A program made the translations under genes and the position numbers. From positions 240,361-304,360 of the forward strand of contig JAJYMK010000003.1 of assembly GCA_021786945.1 (NCBI GenBank): a stretch of DNA of 64,000 nucleotides. Direction: 5' to 3'. Below, piece after piece: positions 49,983 through 59,568 of the stretch (positions are counted from its first letter, which is position 1; each line of letters begins with the position of its first letter). The notes under the pieces are model-generated. The model saw nothing but the letters and a program-made list of their open reading frames with translations, did no database searches and was not told where the DNA came from. Source of the DNA: a bacterium. GTDB taxonomy: Bacteria; Patescibacteriota; Minisyncoccia; UBA6257; 02-FULL-45-10c.

Positions 49983-51185
49983 TTAACTATAAAGCTTAAT
50001 AAGTTCATCGAACTTAACAATTCTTTCACGTACCGGGGCACCTATTTTTACCGCATCCACGTTTCCGGCCTTAGCTAAATGAATTATAAAAACATCCTCA
50101 GTTTCACCGGAACGATGAGAAACAATTGTTTTTAATCCGTTTTCTTGAGCAACTCTTATAGCCGAACAAGTTTCCGAAACAGTACCAATCTGATTGGGTT
50201 TTATGATAACAGCGCTGATCAATTTTTCTTTGGCAAATTTTTCAATAAATTCAGGATTAGTTACGGTAAGATCGTCTCCTACAATCCATTTGTCTGGGCA
50301 TTTAGCATTAAAATTCTTAAAACCAGACATATCCTCTTCATCAAAAGGATCTTCAATAGACATCAACAAACTGGAATTTACTAAATAATCCAGAAGAATT
50401 TGATTTAATTTCTGGGAAGAAATTTGATTTCCTCCAAAATTATATTTATCGTCTTTATAAAAATTTGAAGCCGCAACATCAAGGGCTAAAGAAAAAATAT
50501 CCTTGAATCCACCCGAAACTATCATGCTTTCCAATATTTTTACCGGCTCAAAATTATTTTCAAAATTTATTGCATATCCCCCCTCATCGCCAATAATCAA
50601 CTTATCCAATTTATATTTCGACTGTAAAAATTTACCCAATTCCTTATAAAAATCAATTAAAATCTTAATCGAAGCCGCATAATCCTGATCTTTTGAATCT
50701 ACTACAACCATATATTCCTGGATATCCAGATTATTTCCGGCATGAGCTCCGCCGTTTATGAGATTAGAAAAAATAAGCGGCCTCTTTTCAGAAATAAGAC
50801 CACCCCAAAATTCTTCCTTCAAAATTTGCCACAATTCTTTATTTTCTTTATGTGCTAAACCACGGGCAAAAGCTATAGAAACTCCCAGCATCAAATTGCC
50901 GCCTAGATTTTGTTTATTCAAGGTTCCATCCAAACGAATCAAAAAATTATCCAAATCCTTTATAGAGGAAAAATTCTTATGGATCAATTCTTTTTTCAGA
51001 ACCAGATCAACAACTTTTTTGGCTTCCGGAAAACTCAAAACAGTTGCTTCTTTTTTGCCCCGGCTTTTTCCCGATGGTATTTCTGCCGAAAAAGAATTTA
51101 ATTTTTCATCCAAAACTTCAACTTCTAAAGTTGACTCTCCCCTAGAATCAAATATTTCGTGGATTTTGATGTCTTCTAAAATCAT
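49983..51185 (-). CDS. eno: Enolase
   Basis: DSRG, NGGAHA, GDEGG, SIEDP, VGDDL, IKPNQIG, SHRSGETED. Confidence 0.93.
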   Translation of the reverse strand: MILEDIKIHEIFDSRGESTLEVEVLDEKLNSFSAEIPSGKSRGKKEATVLSFPEAKKVVDLVLKKELIHKNFSSIKDLDNFLIRLDGTLNKQNLGGNLMLGVSIAFARGLAHKENKELWQILKEEFWGGLISEKRPLIFSNLINGGAHAGNNLDIQEYMVVVDSKDQDYAASIKILIDFYKELGKFLQSKYKLDKLIIGDEGGYAINFENNFEPVKILESMIVSGGFKDIFSLALDVAASNFYKDDKYNFGGNQISSQKLNQILLDYLVNSSLLMSIEDPFDEEDMSGFKNFNAKCPDKWIVGDDLTVTNPEFIEKFAKEKLISAVIIKPNQIGTVSETCSAIRVAQENGLKTIVSHRSGETEDVFIIHLAKAGNVDAVKIGAPVRERIVKFDELIKLYS

Positions 51186-51197
51186 AAATTTATAAAA

Positions 51198-52202
51198 TTA
51201 TTCAACTGCAATAAATTGTCCGCCGGATTCAAAACCTTTTATATTTTCCATAGTTGTATTTAAAATTCTTTGCAAAGCTTCTTCAGTATTGAAAGCATTG
51301 TGAGGGGTTAAAAGGACATTCGGCATTTCCATTAAAATATGGTCATAAAGCATATTTTTTACGACCTCTTCTTTTGGCCTTGTTTTCATAAGATAATTCA
51401 ATTCATCTTTCACTTCGCCTTCATCTTCCAGAACATCAGCTGCATATCCGCCCAAAATACCCTTCTTTAAAGCCACGATTAAAGCCTCGGTCTGAACTAT
51501 TGCCCCTCTGGCAGTATTCACCAAAAATGCACCTTTTTTAATAAACTGAAAGTTGTTTTCGTTTATAAGATGATGGGTGCTTGGGTTATAAACCGTATGA
51601 ATAGTAATCACATCGGAATTTTTCAATAAATCCTCTAAAGACACGTATTGGAAACCTAGCTCGGAAGCCGCCTTTACATCCTGATAAGCATCAAAGGCAA
51701 TTACATTCATCCCGAAACCTTTGGCTATTTTAATCGATTCTCTTCCTATTCTGCCCGTACCTATAACTCCCAAAGTTCTTCCTTTTATATCAATTCCCCT
51801 CATTCCCTCCAAAGAAAAACTTCCATTTTCTTTTATTTGATCAATGGACTGATAGAGTTTTCTGGTTAAATTCAAAATCAGACCAAAGGCATATTCAGCT
51901 ACGGTATTCATTCCGTAATTTGGCACATAGCCAATTTTTATTCCTCTTTCCTTGCAATATGCAATATCTATATGATCAAAACCAGTAGAACGCGTAGCGA
52001 TAAATTTTAAATCCGGAAATTGACTTAAAACTTCTTTATTTAAAATAGAGTTAACAAATACAGAAATAACTTCAAAATCTTTTTGAAGCGGAATATTTAA
52101 TGGCTCCAATTTGTCCTTACTGAAAAATAATTGATCTTTTATAAAATTATCCTGAAGAGTTTTATTTTCCCATCCCTCCAATTCAAAAAATCCTATTTTC
52201 AT
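51198..52202 (-). CDS. D-2-hydroxyacid dehydrogenase (D-lactate dehydrogenase-like)
   Basis: TRSTGFDHID, GTGRIG, NTARG, DVLEDE, TPHNAF; start at ATG 52202 (MKIGFFE). Confidence 0.9.
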   Translation of the reverse strand: MKIGFFELEGWENKTLQDNFIKDQLFFSKDKLEPLNIPLQKDFEVISVFVNSILNKEVLSQFPDLKFIATRSTGFDHIDIAYCKERGIKIGYVPNYGMNTVAEYAFGLILNLTRKLYQSIDQIKENGSFSLEGMRGIDIKGRTLGVIGTGRIGRESIKIAKGFGMNVIAFDAYQDVKAASELGFQYVSLEDLLKNSDVITIHTVYNPSTHHLINENNFQFIKKGAFLVNTARGAIVQTEALIVALKKGILGGYAADVLEDEGEVKDELNYLMKTRPKEEVVKNMLYDHILMEMPNVLLTPHNAFNTEEALQRILNTTMENIKGFESGGQFIAVE

Positions 52203-52332
52203 CCCGCACATAACAAAGATTCGAAAGCAAAGCTTTCTTAGTCATTGTTTTTATTAATTATTATTTTAAACGACTTTATTTTTTATTTTGAATCTACACA
52301 TACAGATTAGTTATCTTTGTTATGTGCGGGAT
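52201..52332. mobile_element. 132-bp MITE-like or structured element with perfect 20-bp terminal inverted repeats
   Basis: ATCCCGCACATAACAAAGAT (52201-52220) and its exact reverse complement (52313-52332); ATGAA at both ends on the minus strand. Confidence 0.6.
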
Positions 52333-52375
52333 TCATAAATTTATAATAAATTATTGCTAATATTTTTATTATAAC

Positions 52376-52417
52376 AAAAATTCCCCCATTCTGTTATGAA
52401 TGAGGGAATTATTTTTA
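52376..52417 (-). terminator. Intrinsic terminator
   Basis: AATTCCCcCATTC/GAATGaGGGAATT stem with A/T tracts. Confidence 0.78.
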
Positions 52418-52765
52418 TACCCATCCCAGCTTCCTACATCTCTTACAGGCATCTTTCTTTAATGATCTTTTTTTCGCCAGAGAAAAAAGAGTTTTTACGG
52501 AAATTTTTAGCTCTTTTTTCGCATCAAGATAGAGCCAATTACCCACTCCATCCACTATCGCGGCGCAAAGCACTTTTCTTTTTCCGCGGAAACCTATATA
52601 GGCTCCGCCGAATCTCCTGCCTATGCAAGGTTTGGAATGAGCCACCATGTAAGCATTTTTCAGGCGCTGCTCTTCCAGATGCTCATTCACATCCCCTTCT
52701 ACTTTATGCCAGACGAGCATACCGTCTTTTGTGAGTTTTATTACCCAATCAACGATTTCCTTCAT
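52415..52765 (-). CDS. Hypothetical basic protein (second gene of an ORFan pair)
   Basis: SD AGGAGGTG; terminal CxxC. Confidence 0.7.
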   Translation of the reverse strand: MKEIVDWVIKLTKDGMLVWHKVEGDVNEHLEEQRLKNAYMVAHSKPCIGRRFGGAYIGFRGKRKVLCAAIVDGVGNWLYLDAKKELKISVKTLFSLAKKRSLKKDACKRCRKLGWV

Positions 52766-52795
52766 CTCACCTCCTATTATCGAAATAATGCCGGA

Positions 52796-52948
52796 TTAGT
52801 AAAACTTCTTCGCCCTTGCTGCTTCCCGGCAAGCTTTAACGCCGAGCATGCTCAGCTGAATCCTGAGTCTTTCCAGCTCTTTATTTTGGCGCCGCAATTC
52901 TTCATCCTGCTTTTTTATTTTCCTCTCAAGCTCTTTTTTTGTAGCCAT
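52796..52948 (-). CDS. 50-aa coiled-coil protein (first gene of pair)
   Basis: Hand-translated MATKKELERKIKKQDEELRRQNKELERLRIQLSMLGVKACREAARAKKFY; SD AAAGGAG; boxA-like GTTCTTTTACA at 52985-52995. Confidence 0.7.
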   Translation of the reverse strand: MATKKELERKIKKQDEELRRQNKELERLRIQLSMLGVKACREAARAKKFY

Positions 52949-53043
52949 CTATTTCTCCTTTATTGATTACCGAAATTATTTAAATGTAAAAGAACACTTT
53001 TTTGATTTAAAAAGCTTATCAAGTTTGTATAAAAAACACAAGA

Positions 53044-54537
53044 TTATTTCTGACCGTTATAAATAGCCAACGCCTCATCAGCTGTAAGAGCGCGGTTATA
53101 AACAGCTACTTCGTCAATTTTTCCGCCATAAGGCTGATTTAATGCTCCGCCAATACTATCCCTTTTAGCTCCAACTTGCTGAGGGTAACTTCCAAGATTA
53201 GAACATAGTCCCGCTGTTCCAAAAGAACCGGTTTTATCTAATTGTCCATTGATATAAATATTTGCCACGCCAGTAGTTTTATCGTACGTAACTAAAATAT
53301 GAGTCCATGTATTTAAACTAATCGTTGTTACCGACCAAATATTTGGAGTATTTGAGCAGTCGGTAGAAACCATCCAATTTACTTCTGAAGTATAGGGAGA
53401 CATTACTTCTGGAGAAGCAAGAACTAACTGGTATTGTCTAGCAGTAATACCGCTCCAATACCACCTAGAAGCCAAGGCATCCCACCAACCATCCATAGGC
53501 AAAGTTGTTCTATATACCCACAAAGAAATTGAAATTGAAGATGCAGCTAAAGAAGGCAGGGGCTGATCAACTGCAGAAATAAGACTTGAATCAAAATTCA
53601 AAGCTCCATTTACTTTTCCTGAAGTCCAAGACGCGCCATTATATAAAGTTCCTGTATAGCCATTTCCGCTAGAATCAGATGCGGATGTTCCGCTGCCATC
53701 ATCAAACTTCCAATAACCGACAAGTCCGCTCGTCGGAATCTGATAAGTACAAGCACTGGTATTGAAGCTCAGACAATCGGCATTGCATGAAAGAGTTCCG
53801 GTGTATCCGACACCTAGCTGAGTGGCGCAGGTCTGGGAATTGAGGTCGGTACCGTCACAGGTTTCTCCGGTCTCTTTGAGGTTGTTGCCGCAAGTGGCTC
53901 CGGCTATACCTCCTCCAAGATTCGCATTCAACGTCAAATCATTTCCGAGTTCAAATCTAGTACTGGATTGTCCTCCATCGGATACGGCATTAGCGGCAAG
54001 GTATTTGTCGGATTCCATGGTAGCAGAAAGAGCCCAGGAACCGTGGATATAGGTATAGTAATAACCATTGGTAGCGGCAGCGGATAGATCGGATGCCTGA
54101 ATGGGATCTATGGGAAGATTTGAGAATAAAGTTCCGGCTTGTCCTTGTATAGAACTTAGATCTACAGGTATCCAGCCTGTACCGTCTATATTTCTGTAGT
54201 TGGCAGAGGTGGAGCAATGATAGTTCCAGCCTGTGGTGGTGGCTGTAAGTTGGCCGTAGTAGGAACCGCATTGGGAATCTGTATCCGGAAGAGAGATATA
54301 TATCGTATTACTATTACCCATAGCCGTGCTGGATCCTCCGAAAGACTGGAAGAACAACAAAGCTTGGTTTATCTGATTTATTTCTGTGATTCTATTGGCA
54401 TCTCTGGATTGCTTAACTAACTGAGCTGGGTTTATGACTAAGAGAACTGTTGTTGCTAAGACTGCTAATATACCTATGACTATCAGGAGTTCTATGAGGG
54501 TGAAGGCTTTTCTATTTTTATTCCAATTATTTAGCAT
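53044..54537 (-). CDS. Type IV pilin-like protein with Cys-rich linker and LamG-like domain
   Basis: KA|FTLIELL; CGNNLKETGETCDG; GLVGYWKFDDGSG...WTHILVTYD...IYING...GKIDEVAVYNRALT. Confidence 0.88.
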   Translation of the reverse strand: MLNNWNKNRKAFTLIELLIVIGILAVLATTVLLVINPAQLVKQSRDANRITEINQINQALLFFQSFGGSSTAMGNSNTIYISLPDTDSQCGSYYGQLTATTTGWNYHCSTSANYRNIDGTGWIPVDLSSIQGQAGTLFSNLPIDPIQASDLSAAATNGYYYTYIHGSWALSATMESDKYLAANAVSDGGQSSTRFELGNDLTLNANLGGGIAGATCGNNLKETGETCDGTDLNSQTCATQLGVGYTGTLSCNADCLSFNTSACTYQIPTSGLVGYWKFDDGSGTSASDSSGNGYTGTLYNGASWTSGKVNGALNFDSSLISAVDQPLPSLAASSISISLWVYRTTLPMDGWWDALASRWYWSGITARQYQLVLASPEVMSPYTSEVNWMVSTDCSNTPNIWSVTTISLNTWTHILVTYDKTTGVANIYINGQLDKTGSFGTAGLCSNLGSYPQQVGAKRDSIGGALNQPYGGKIDEVAVYNRALTADEALAIYNGQK

Positions 54538-54556
54538 AGTGCAATCTAAAACAAAC

Positions 54557-56965
54557 TTATTTTTCTTTGTCTGCTATCTTTATAATATTTTTTATAACAG
54601 TATCGGGATTTAAAGAAATGCTTTCTATTCCTCTTTCCACTAAAAATTCGGCGAATTCAGGATAGTCGCTTGGTGCCTGTCCGCAAATTCCAATATATTT
54701 TCCCTTTGCGGTACACTTAGAAATAATTTCAGCAATCATTTTTTTAACCGCTTCATTATTTTCATTGGCTATATGCGTAACTATGCCGGAATCCCTATCC
54801 AAACCCAAAACTAATTGAGTTAAATCGTTTGAACCGATAGACATTCCATCGAAAATATTCAAAAATTCATCAGCCAAAAGCACATTGGAAGGAATTTCGC
54901 ACATCACATAAATTTTCAGATCTTTATCCTTTGCCCTATCCAAACCATTCTCTTTCATTACGGCCACGCATTGTTCGGCTTCATGCGGAGTTCTACAAAA
55001 CGGAATCATCGGAACAACATTGTTTAGGCCCATAGTTTCTCTGACTTTCTTTAATGCCTTACATTCCAATCCAAAAGCTTGTTTAAATTTAGGGTCATAA
55101 TATCTTGATGCTCCTCTCCAACCAATCATTGGATTTTCTTCATGCGGCTCATACAAATTACCACCAAGAAGCTTGCTATATTCATTGGTTTTAAAATCAG
55201 AAAATCTAATAATCACCTTATTCGGCCAAAAAGCGGCTCCAATTTTAGCAATACCCTCAGCCAATTCGTCTACATAAAATCCGGTTTTAGTTTCGTACCC
55301 AGCCGTTAATTTTTCGATTTCTTTAACAACTTTTTTTATCTCAGCGCGTTTATCGTTTTTGAGCTTTTCAAAATTAATTAAAGCATTCGGGTGTACTTTA
55401 ATATGTGAAGCAATTATAAATTCTAGTCTTCCCAAACCAACTCCGGAAACAGGAAGAAAGCTATTTTTAAAAGCTTCGTCCGGTGAACCAATATTTACCA
55501 TTACCTTGGTTTTTGTTTTTGGAATCTGATCAAGCTTGTGTTCTTCTATTTCAAAATTTATTTTCCCTTCATAAACTTTTCCAACCTCACTGGAAGCACA
55601 GTCAACCGTCACCTCCATTCCATTTTTTAAAACTTTAGTAGCCTTCTCCGATCCAACAATGCAAGGAATACCTAATTCACGTGAAACGATTGCGGCATGA
55701 CTCGTACGGCCACCTTCATCGGTAACAATAGCTGAAGCAATTTTCATGATTGGTTCCCAATCCGGATCCGTCATTTTAGTAACCAAAACTTCACCTTTGG
55801 CAAATTGAGTAATATTTTTTGCATCTTTAATAACTTTCACCTTTCCAAATCCAATTTTTTTACCAACAGCAATACCCGTCAATATAGTTTTTCCGGGTTT
55901 TTTTAATCTGAATTCCTGATAAATATTTTGGGGTTTTGAAGAATAAACAGTTTCTGGTCTGGCCTGAACTATAAACAATTCGTTGGTTAAGCCGTCTTTG
56001 GCCCACTCGATATCCATGGCCTGATACTTTCCCTTTTTCTCGGAAAAATGTTTTTCAATTTTTATAGCCCAATCGGCAAATTTCAAAACCTCTTCATTGG
56101 TCAAGGAAAATCTATTCATATCTTTTTTATCGACACCAACAACTCTAGTTCCTTTTTTGTCATAAATCATTTTCTTATCCTTCACACCAAGATTTTGCTC
56201 AATTATAGATTTAAATCCTTTTTCAAAAGTCGGTTTAAAAACTACAAATTCGTCAGGAATTACCCTTCCCTGTACAATCATTTCTCCCAAACCATAAATA
56301 CTGTTTATAACAACTACTTTATTGAATCCTGATTCGGTATCCAGTGTAAACATAACTCCGCTTGCAGCTTTATCGGAACGTACCATTTTCTGAACTCCGA
56401 CTGATAACGCCGTATCAAAATGAGAAAAACCTTTATCATGCCTATAAGAAATAGCCCTGTCAGTAAAAAGCGAGGCTATACATTTCTTGGCAGATTCCAA
56501 AAGCATTTTATCTCCCGAAACATTAAGATATGTTTCTTGCTGGCCAGCAAAAGAAGCATCGGGTAAGTCCTCCGCTGTAGCAGAAGAACGGACTGCTACA
56601 TCAACTCCTTTTCCGTACATTTTTTCCAATTTATGATAATTGGATACTATAATTTCACGTAAATCTTCCGGAAATTCTGCCGCAACAATAGCTTTTCTGC
56701 ACAAAGCACCTCTTTTTTGTAAATTTTTTATATTATGAGTATCAAGATCAGATAAAATTTCTCTGATTTTTTTGTCTAATCCGGTTTTTTCAAAAAAATA
56801 TCTGTAAGCTGCGGCAGTTAAAGCAAAACCATTTGGAATATTTATTCCTAATGAAGTTAGACTAGAAAACATTTCACCCAAAGCGGCATTTTTGCCACCA
56901 ACTAAAGAAACATCTTTTATTCCTACTTCTTTAAACCATAAAACCAATTCCTTACTTTTTTCCAT
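54557..56965 (-). CDS. ppsA: Phosphoenolpyruvate synthase (pyruvate, water dikinase)
   Basis: VGGKNA, AVRSSATAED, GGRTSHAAIVSRE phospho-His, SIGSNDLTQL, ICGQAPSD. Confidence 0.96.
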   Translation of the reverse strand: MEKSKELVLWFKEVGIKDVSLVGGKNAALGEMFSSLTSLGINIPNGFALTAAAYRYFFEKTGLDKKIREILSDLDTHNIKNLQKRGALCRKAIVAAEFPEDLREIIVSNYHKLEKMYGKGVDVAVRSSATAEDLPDASFAGQQETYLNVSGDKMLLESAKKCIASLFTDRAISYRHDKGFSHFDTALSVGVQKMVRSDKAASGVMFTLDTESGFNKVVVINSIYGLGEMIVQGRVIPDEFVVFKPTFEKGFKSIIEQNLGVKDKKMIYDKKGTRVVGVDKKDMNRFSLTNEEVLKFADWAIKIEKHFSEKKGKYQAMDIEWAKDGLTNELFIVQARPETVYSSKPQNIYQEFRLKKPGKTILTGIAVGKKIGFGKVKVIKDAKNITQFAKGEVLVTKMTDPDWEPIMKIASAIVTDEGGRTSHAAIVSRELGIPCIVGSEKATKVLKNGMEVTVDCASSEVGKVYEGKINFEIEEHKLDQIPKTKTKVMVNIGSPDEAFKNSFLPVSGVGLGRLEFIIASHIKVHPNALINFEKLKNDKRAEIKKVVKEIEKLTAGYETKTGFYVDELAEGIAKIGAAFWPNKVIIRFSDFKTNEYSKLLGGNLYEPHEENPMIGWRGASRYYDPKFKQAFGLECKALKKVRETMGLNNVVPMIPFCRTPHEAEQCVAVMKENGLDRAKDKDLKIYVMCEIPSNVLLADEFLNIFDGMSIGSNDLTQLVLGLDRDSGIVTHIANENNEAVKKMIAEIISKCTAKGKYIGICGQAPSDYPEFAEFLVERGIESISLNPDTVIKNIIKIADKEK

Positions 56966-56978
56966 AATATTTAAAAAA

Positions 56979-58262
56979 TTAATTATTAATTGCTATTACT
57001 ATATCCGCGACATTGGATCCGGTATCACCGGTTTTAATAAAATCACCCGTTTCCATAAAAAATTCAAAGGAATTATTGTCTTTAAGATATTTTTCTATAT
57101 CCAAATCTGATTTTTTTACCTTTTCTTTTGTAATTATATCACAGATACCACCCGCATTTTCTGAATTATCCCTGCCATCCGAGGCAACCGACGCAATAAT
57201 CTGATTATCTTTTATGTATCTAAGACCAGAAAGAGAAAGCTCCTGATTTCTTCCGCCCTTACCCCTACCCTTTATTTTTACGGTAGTTTCACCACCATAA
57301 AGAAGCACCGTTCCTTTTGATTCCAAAGATAATTCATCTATTATTTCTTTAGCGACAACTCGCGCCTCTCCTGATAAATTATTTTTGCAAATCCTTGGCG
57401 TATAATTTAATTCAAGGGCTTTCTCTGACATAGCATCCAGAGCAGTCTGGTTGGACACGAACAAAATATTTCTTACTCTTTCAAAATATTTATCGTCTTT
57501 TGGGGTCTCTATTAGGTTCAATGGCTTAGTTCCAAGTTTTTCATATATTTTATATTTTTCCAAAACTAATCTTGCCTCATCTAAAGTAGTGGTATCTTTT
57601 ACGGTTGGCCCAGAAGCTATAAATTCTAGATTATCACCAATAACATCGGAAAAAATTAAAGAAACGACTCTCGCCGGATATGCATATTTTGCCAAAAATC
57701 CGCCACGAGCCAAAGACAAATGCTTTCTAACCGTATTCATTTCATAAATGTTTGCTCCGGAATGAATTAACGCATCCACAACAGACGACTCTTCGAAACA
57801 AGTAAAACTTTTCGGCTGACAGAGAAGCGCCGAGCCGCCTCCGGAAATCACAAAAATAACCAAATCTTTTTCAGTAAGCCCAGAGAGCAATTCTATAATT
57901 TTTTTGGTAGCATCAACGTTTCTAGGAGACATCAAAGGATGGTCTCCGGTATATGTTTTTATTTTCTTAAGCTCCCCTTCATGGACGTCCAAAACAATTC
58001 CACCTGTTATTTTTTTTCCAAAAATTTTCTCCAATGCGGCGCCGGCTTCCAAAGAACACTTACCTATTCCGACGACTATAATTTTCTCAGCATTTTTCAA
58101 TGAAAATGAATGATTATAAATCAATAATTTTCCTTTTTCTATTTTTATTCCCCCGGAAATCGCTTTCTTGGTATCTATAGCTTCCAATCCGGCTTCAATT
58201 ATTTTAAGAAATTTTTCTCTTTCTTCTGAAGCCGCTATTTTTTTAAAATTCTTAATTTTCAT
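56979..58262 (-). CDS. Glycerate 2-kinase (class II, MOFRL/TtuD family)
   Basis: GIGK, ISGGGSAL, SDVIGD, IASGPT, GGETTV, GGRNQE, TGSNVAD. Confidence 0.92.
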   Translation of the reverse strand: MKIKNFKKIAASEEREKFLKIIEAGLEAIDTKKAISGGIKIEKGKLLIYNHSFSLKNAEKIIVVGIGKCSLEAGAALEKIFGKKITGGIVLDVHEGELKKIKTYTGDHPLMSPRNVDATKKIIELLSGLTEKDLVIFVISGGGSALLCQPKSFTCFEESSVVDALIHSGANIYEMNTVRKHLSLARGGFLAKYAYPARVVSLIFSDVIGDNLEFIASGPTVKDTTTLDEARLVLEKYKIYEKLGTKPLNLIETPKDDKYFERVRNILFVSNQTALDAMSEKALELNYTPRICKNNLSGEARVVAKEIIDELSLESKGTVLLYGGETTVKIKGRGKGGRNQELSLSGLRYIKDNQIIASVASDGRDNSENAGGICDIITKEKVKKSDLDIEKYLKDNNSFEFFMETGDFIKTGDTGSNVADIVIAINN

Positions 58263-58292
58263 TATCTAAATTATAACACGCAAATACCAAGT

Positions 58293-59531
58293 TTATTCAT
58301 ATCTAAGGGCCTCAATCGGACTCTTTTTGGCGGCCTGCCTAGCAGGATAAATTCCGAAAATTAAACCAACCATAGTAGAAACACCCAAACCCAGAACAAT
58401 GGCTAAAACCGGGAAAGAAAATGACCAGGCAAGATTAAAATAATTGGAAATTATCGTAGCAATAAGATAACCCAAAGATAATCCTGAAATGATACCAATA
58501 ACTCCTCCGACACTTGTTAAAATTGACGCTTCCAATAAAAAATGAATCAAAATATCCCTATCTGTTGCACCGAGGGCTTTCCTAAGACCAATCTCCCTTG
58601 TTCTTTCGGTTACAGACACCAACATAATATTCATAATTCCTATACCGCCAACCAATAAAGAAATTGCGGCAACAATAGTAATAAATAAAGTAAGAATAGT
58701 CATAACCGCTCCAACCTGCTGCATCGCCTGAGCCTGAGTGCCGGTACTAAAATCATCTTTTTCCGGATCGGTGATGCCGTGTAAATTTCTAAGGGTAATT
58801 TTTATATCGTTAACCGTTGAATCTACGTTTGCTTCGGAATCAGCCTCAACTAAAATGTGAATGAAATGTTTTATTCCGAAAACATATTGCTGTGCCGTAG
58901 TCCATGGAATCAAAGCTACATCGTCAAAATTAACAATTGAAACCTGTCCTTTTTTTGCCAATGTGCCGATTACTTTGAAATTTCTATTTTTAATCTTTAT
59001 TTTTTGACCAATGGCGTCTGATGCGCCAAAAAGCTGTTCTTTAACTTTAGAACCTATCACTACAACATCAGACTTGCTCTTTACATCTTCTTCGCTTATA
59101 CCCCGTCCCTTGTCGACATCAATATTATATAAACCGGTAAATCCTCCACCGATTCCATAAATAGTAACCGCATACGATTCACTTTCAAAAATAGCCTTAG
59201 CGCTTCCAAAAACCAATGGCTCAACCAATTGAGCATGCGGAAGATTCTCTTTATCCCTTAAAGCATTTAACTCTCTTTCTTTCAATGAATCACCAAGCAT
59301 TTGAAGAATGTCCGTGATACCCTTAGGCTCTCGTCCCGGCCGCACTTCAATAACTTTAGAACCCATTACCTGAATTTCACTTTTAATCAAATTTTGGGCA
59401 CCTTCACCCAAAGACATAACTAAAATAATGGCCGTGATTCCTATAACGATACCCAAAATTGTAAGAACAGAACGTGACTTATTGGTAAAAAGCGCCCGAG
59501 AGGCTGTTTTTAAAATATGGTTAAAGCGCAT
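58293..59531 (-). CDS. MacB/FtsX-type ABC transporter permease (copy 2)
   Basis: RSVLTILGIVIG, GGIGIMNIMLVSVTERTREIGLRKALGA, PIEALRYE. Confidence 0.93.
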   Translation of the reverse strand: MRFNHILKTASRALFTNKSRSVLTILGIVIGITAIILVMSLGEGAQNLIKSEIQVMGSKVIEVRPGREPKGITDILQMLGDSLKERELNALRDKENLPHAQLVEPLVFGSAKAIFESESYAVTIYGIGGGFTGLYNIDVDKGRGISEEDVKSKSDVVVIGSKVKEQLFGASDAIGQKIKIKNRNFKVIGTLAKKGQVSIVNFDDVALIPWTTAQQYVFGIKHFIHILVEADSEANVDSTVNDIKITLRNLHGITDPEKDDFSTGTQAQAMQQVGAVMTILTLFITIVAAISLLVGGIGIMNIMLVSVTERTREIGLRKALGATDRDILIHFLLEASILTSVGGVIGIISGLSLGYLIATIISNYFNLAWSFSFPVLAIVLGLGVSTMVGLIFGIYPARQAAKKSPIEALRYE

Positions 59532-59568
59532 TATTTTAATCTGATTTTATTAATTATAACATCCGGTT

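Noticed and set aside
51198-52211. MCG N-terminal extension of the dehydrogenase
   Set aside because: These codons come from the inverted repeat; the family-like start is MKIGFFE at 52202
52201-52332. Integron attC site (ACATAAC...GTTATGT core resemblance)
   Set aside because: The arms pair perfectly with no unpaired spacer or extrahelical bases, the element lies 5' of a gene at its start codon, and no integrase or second site is visible
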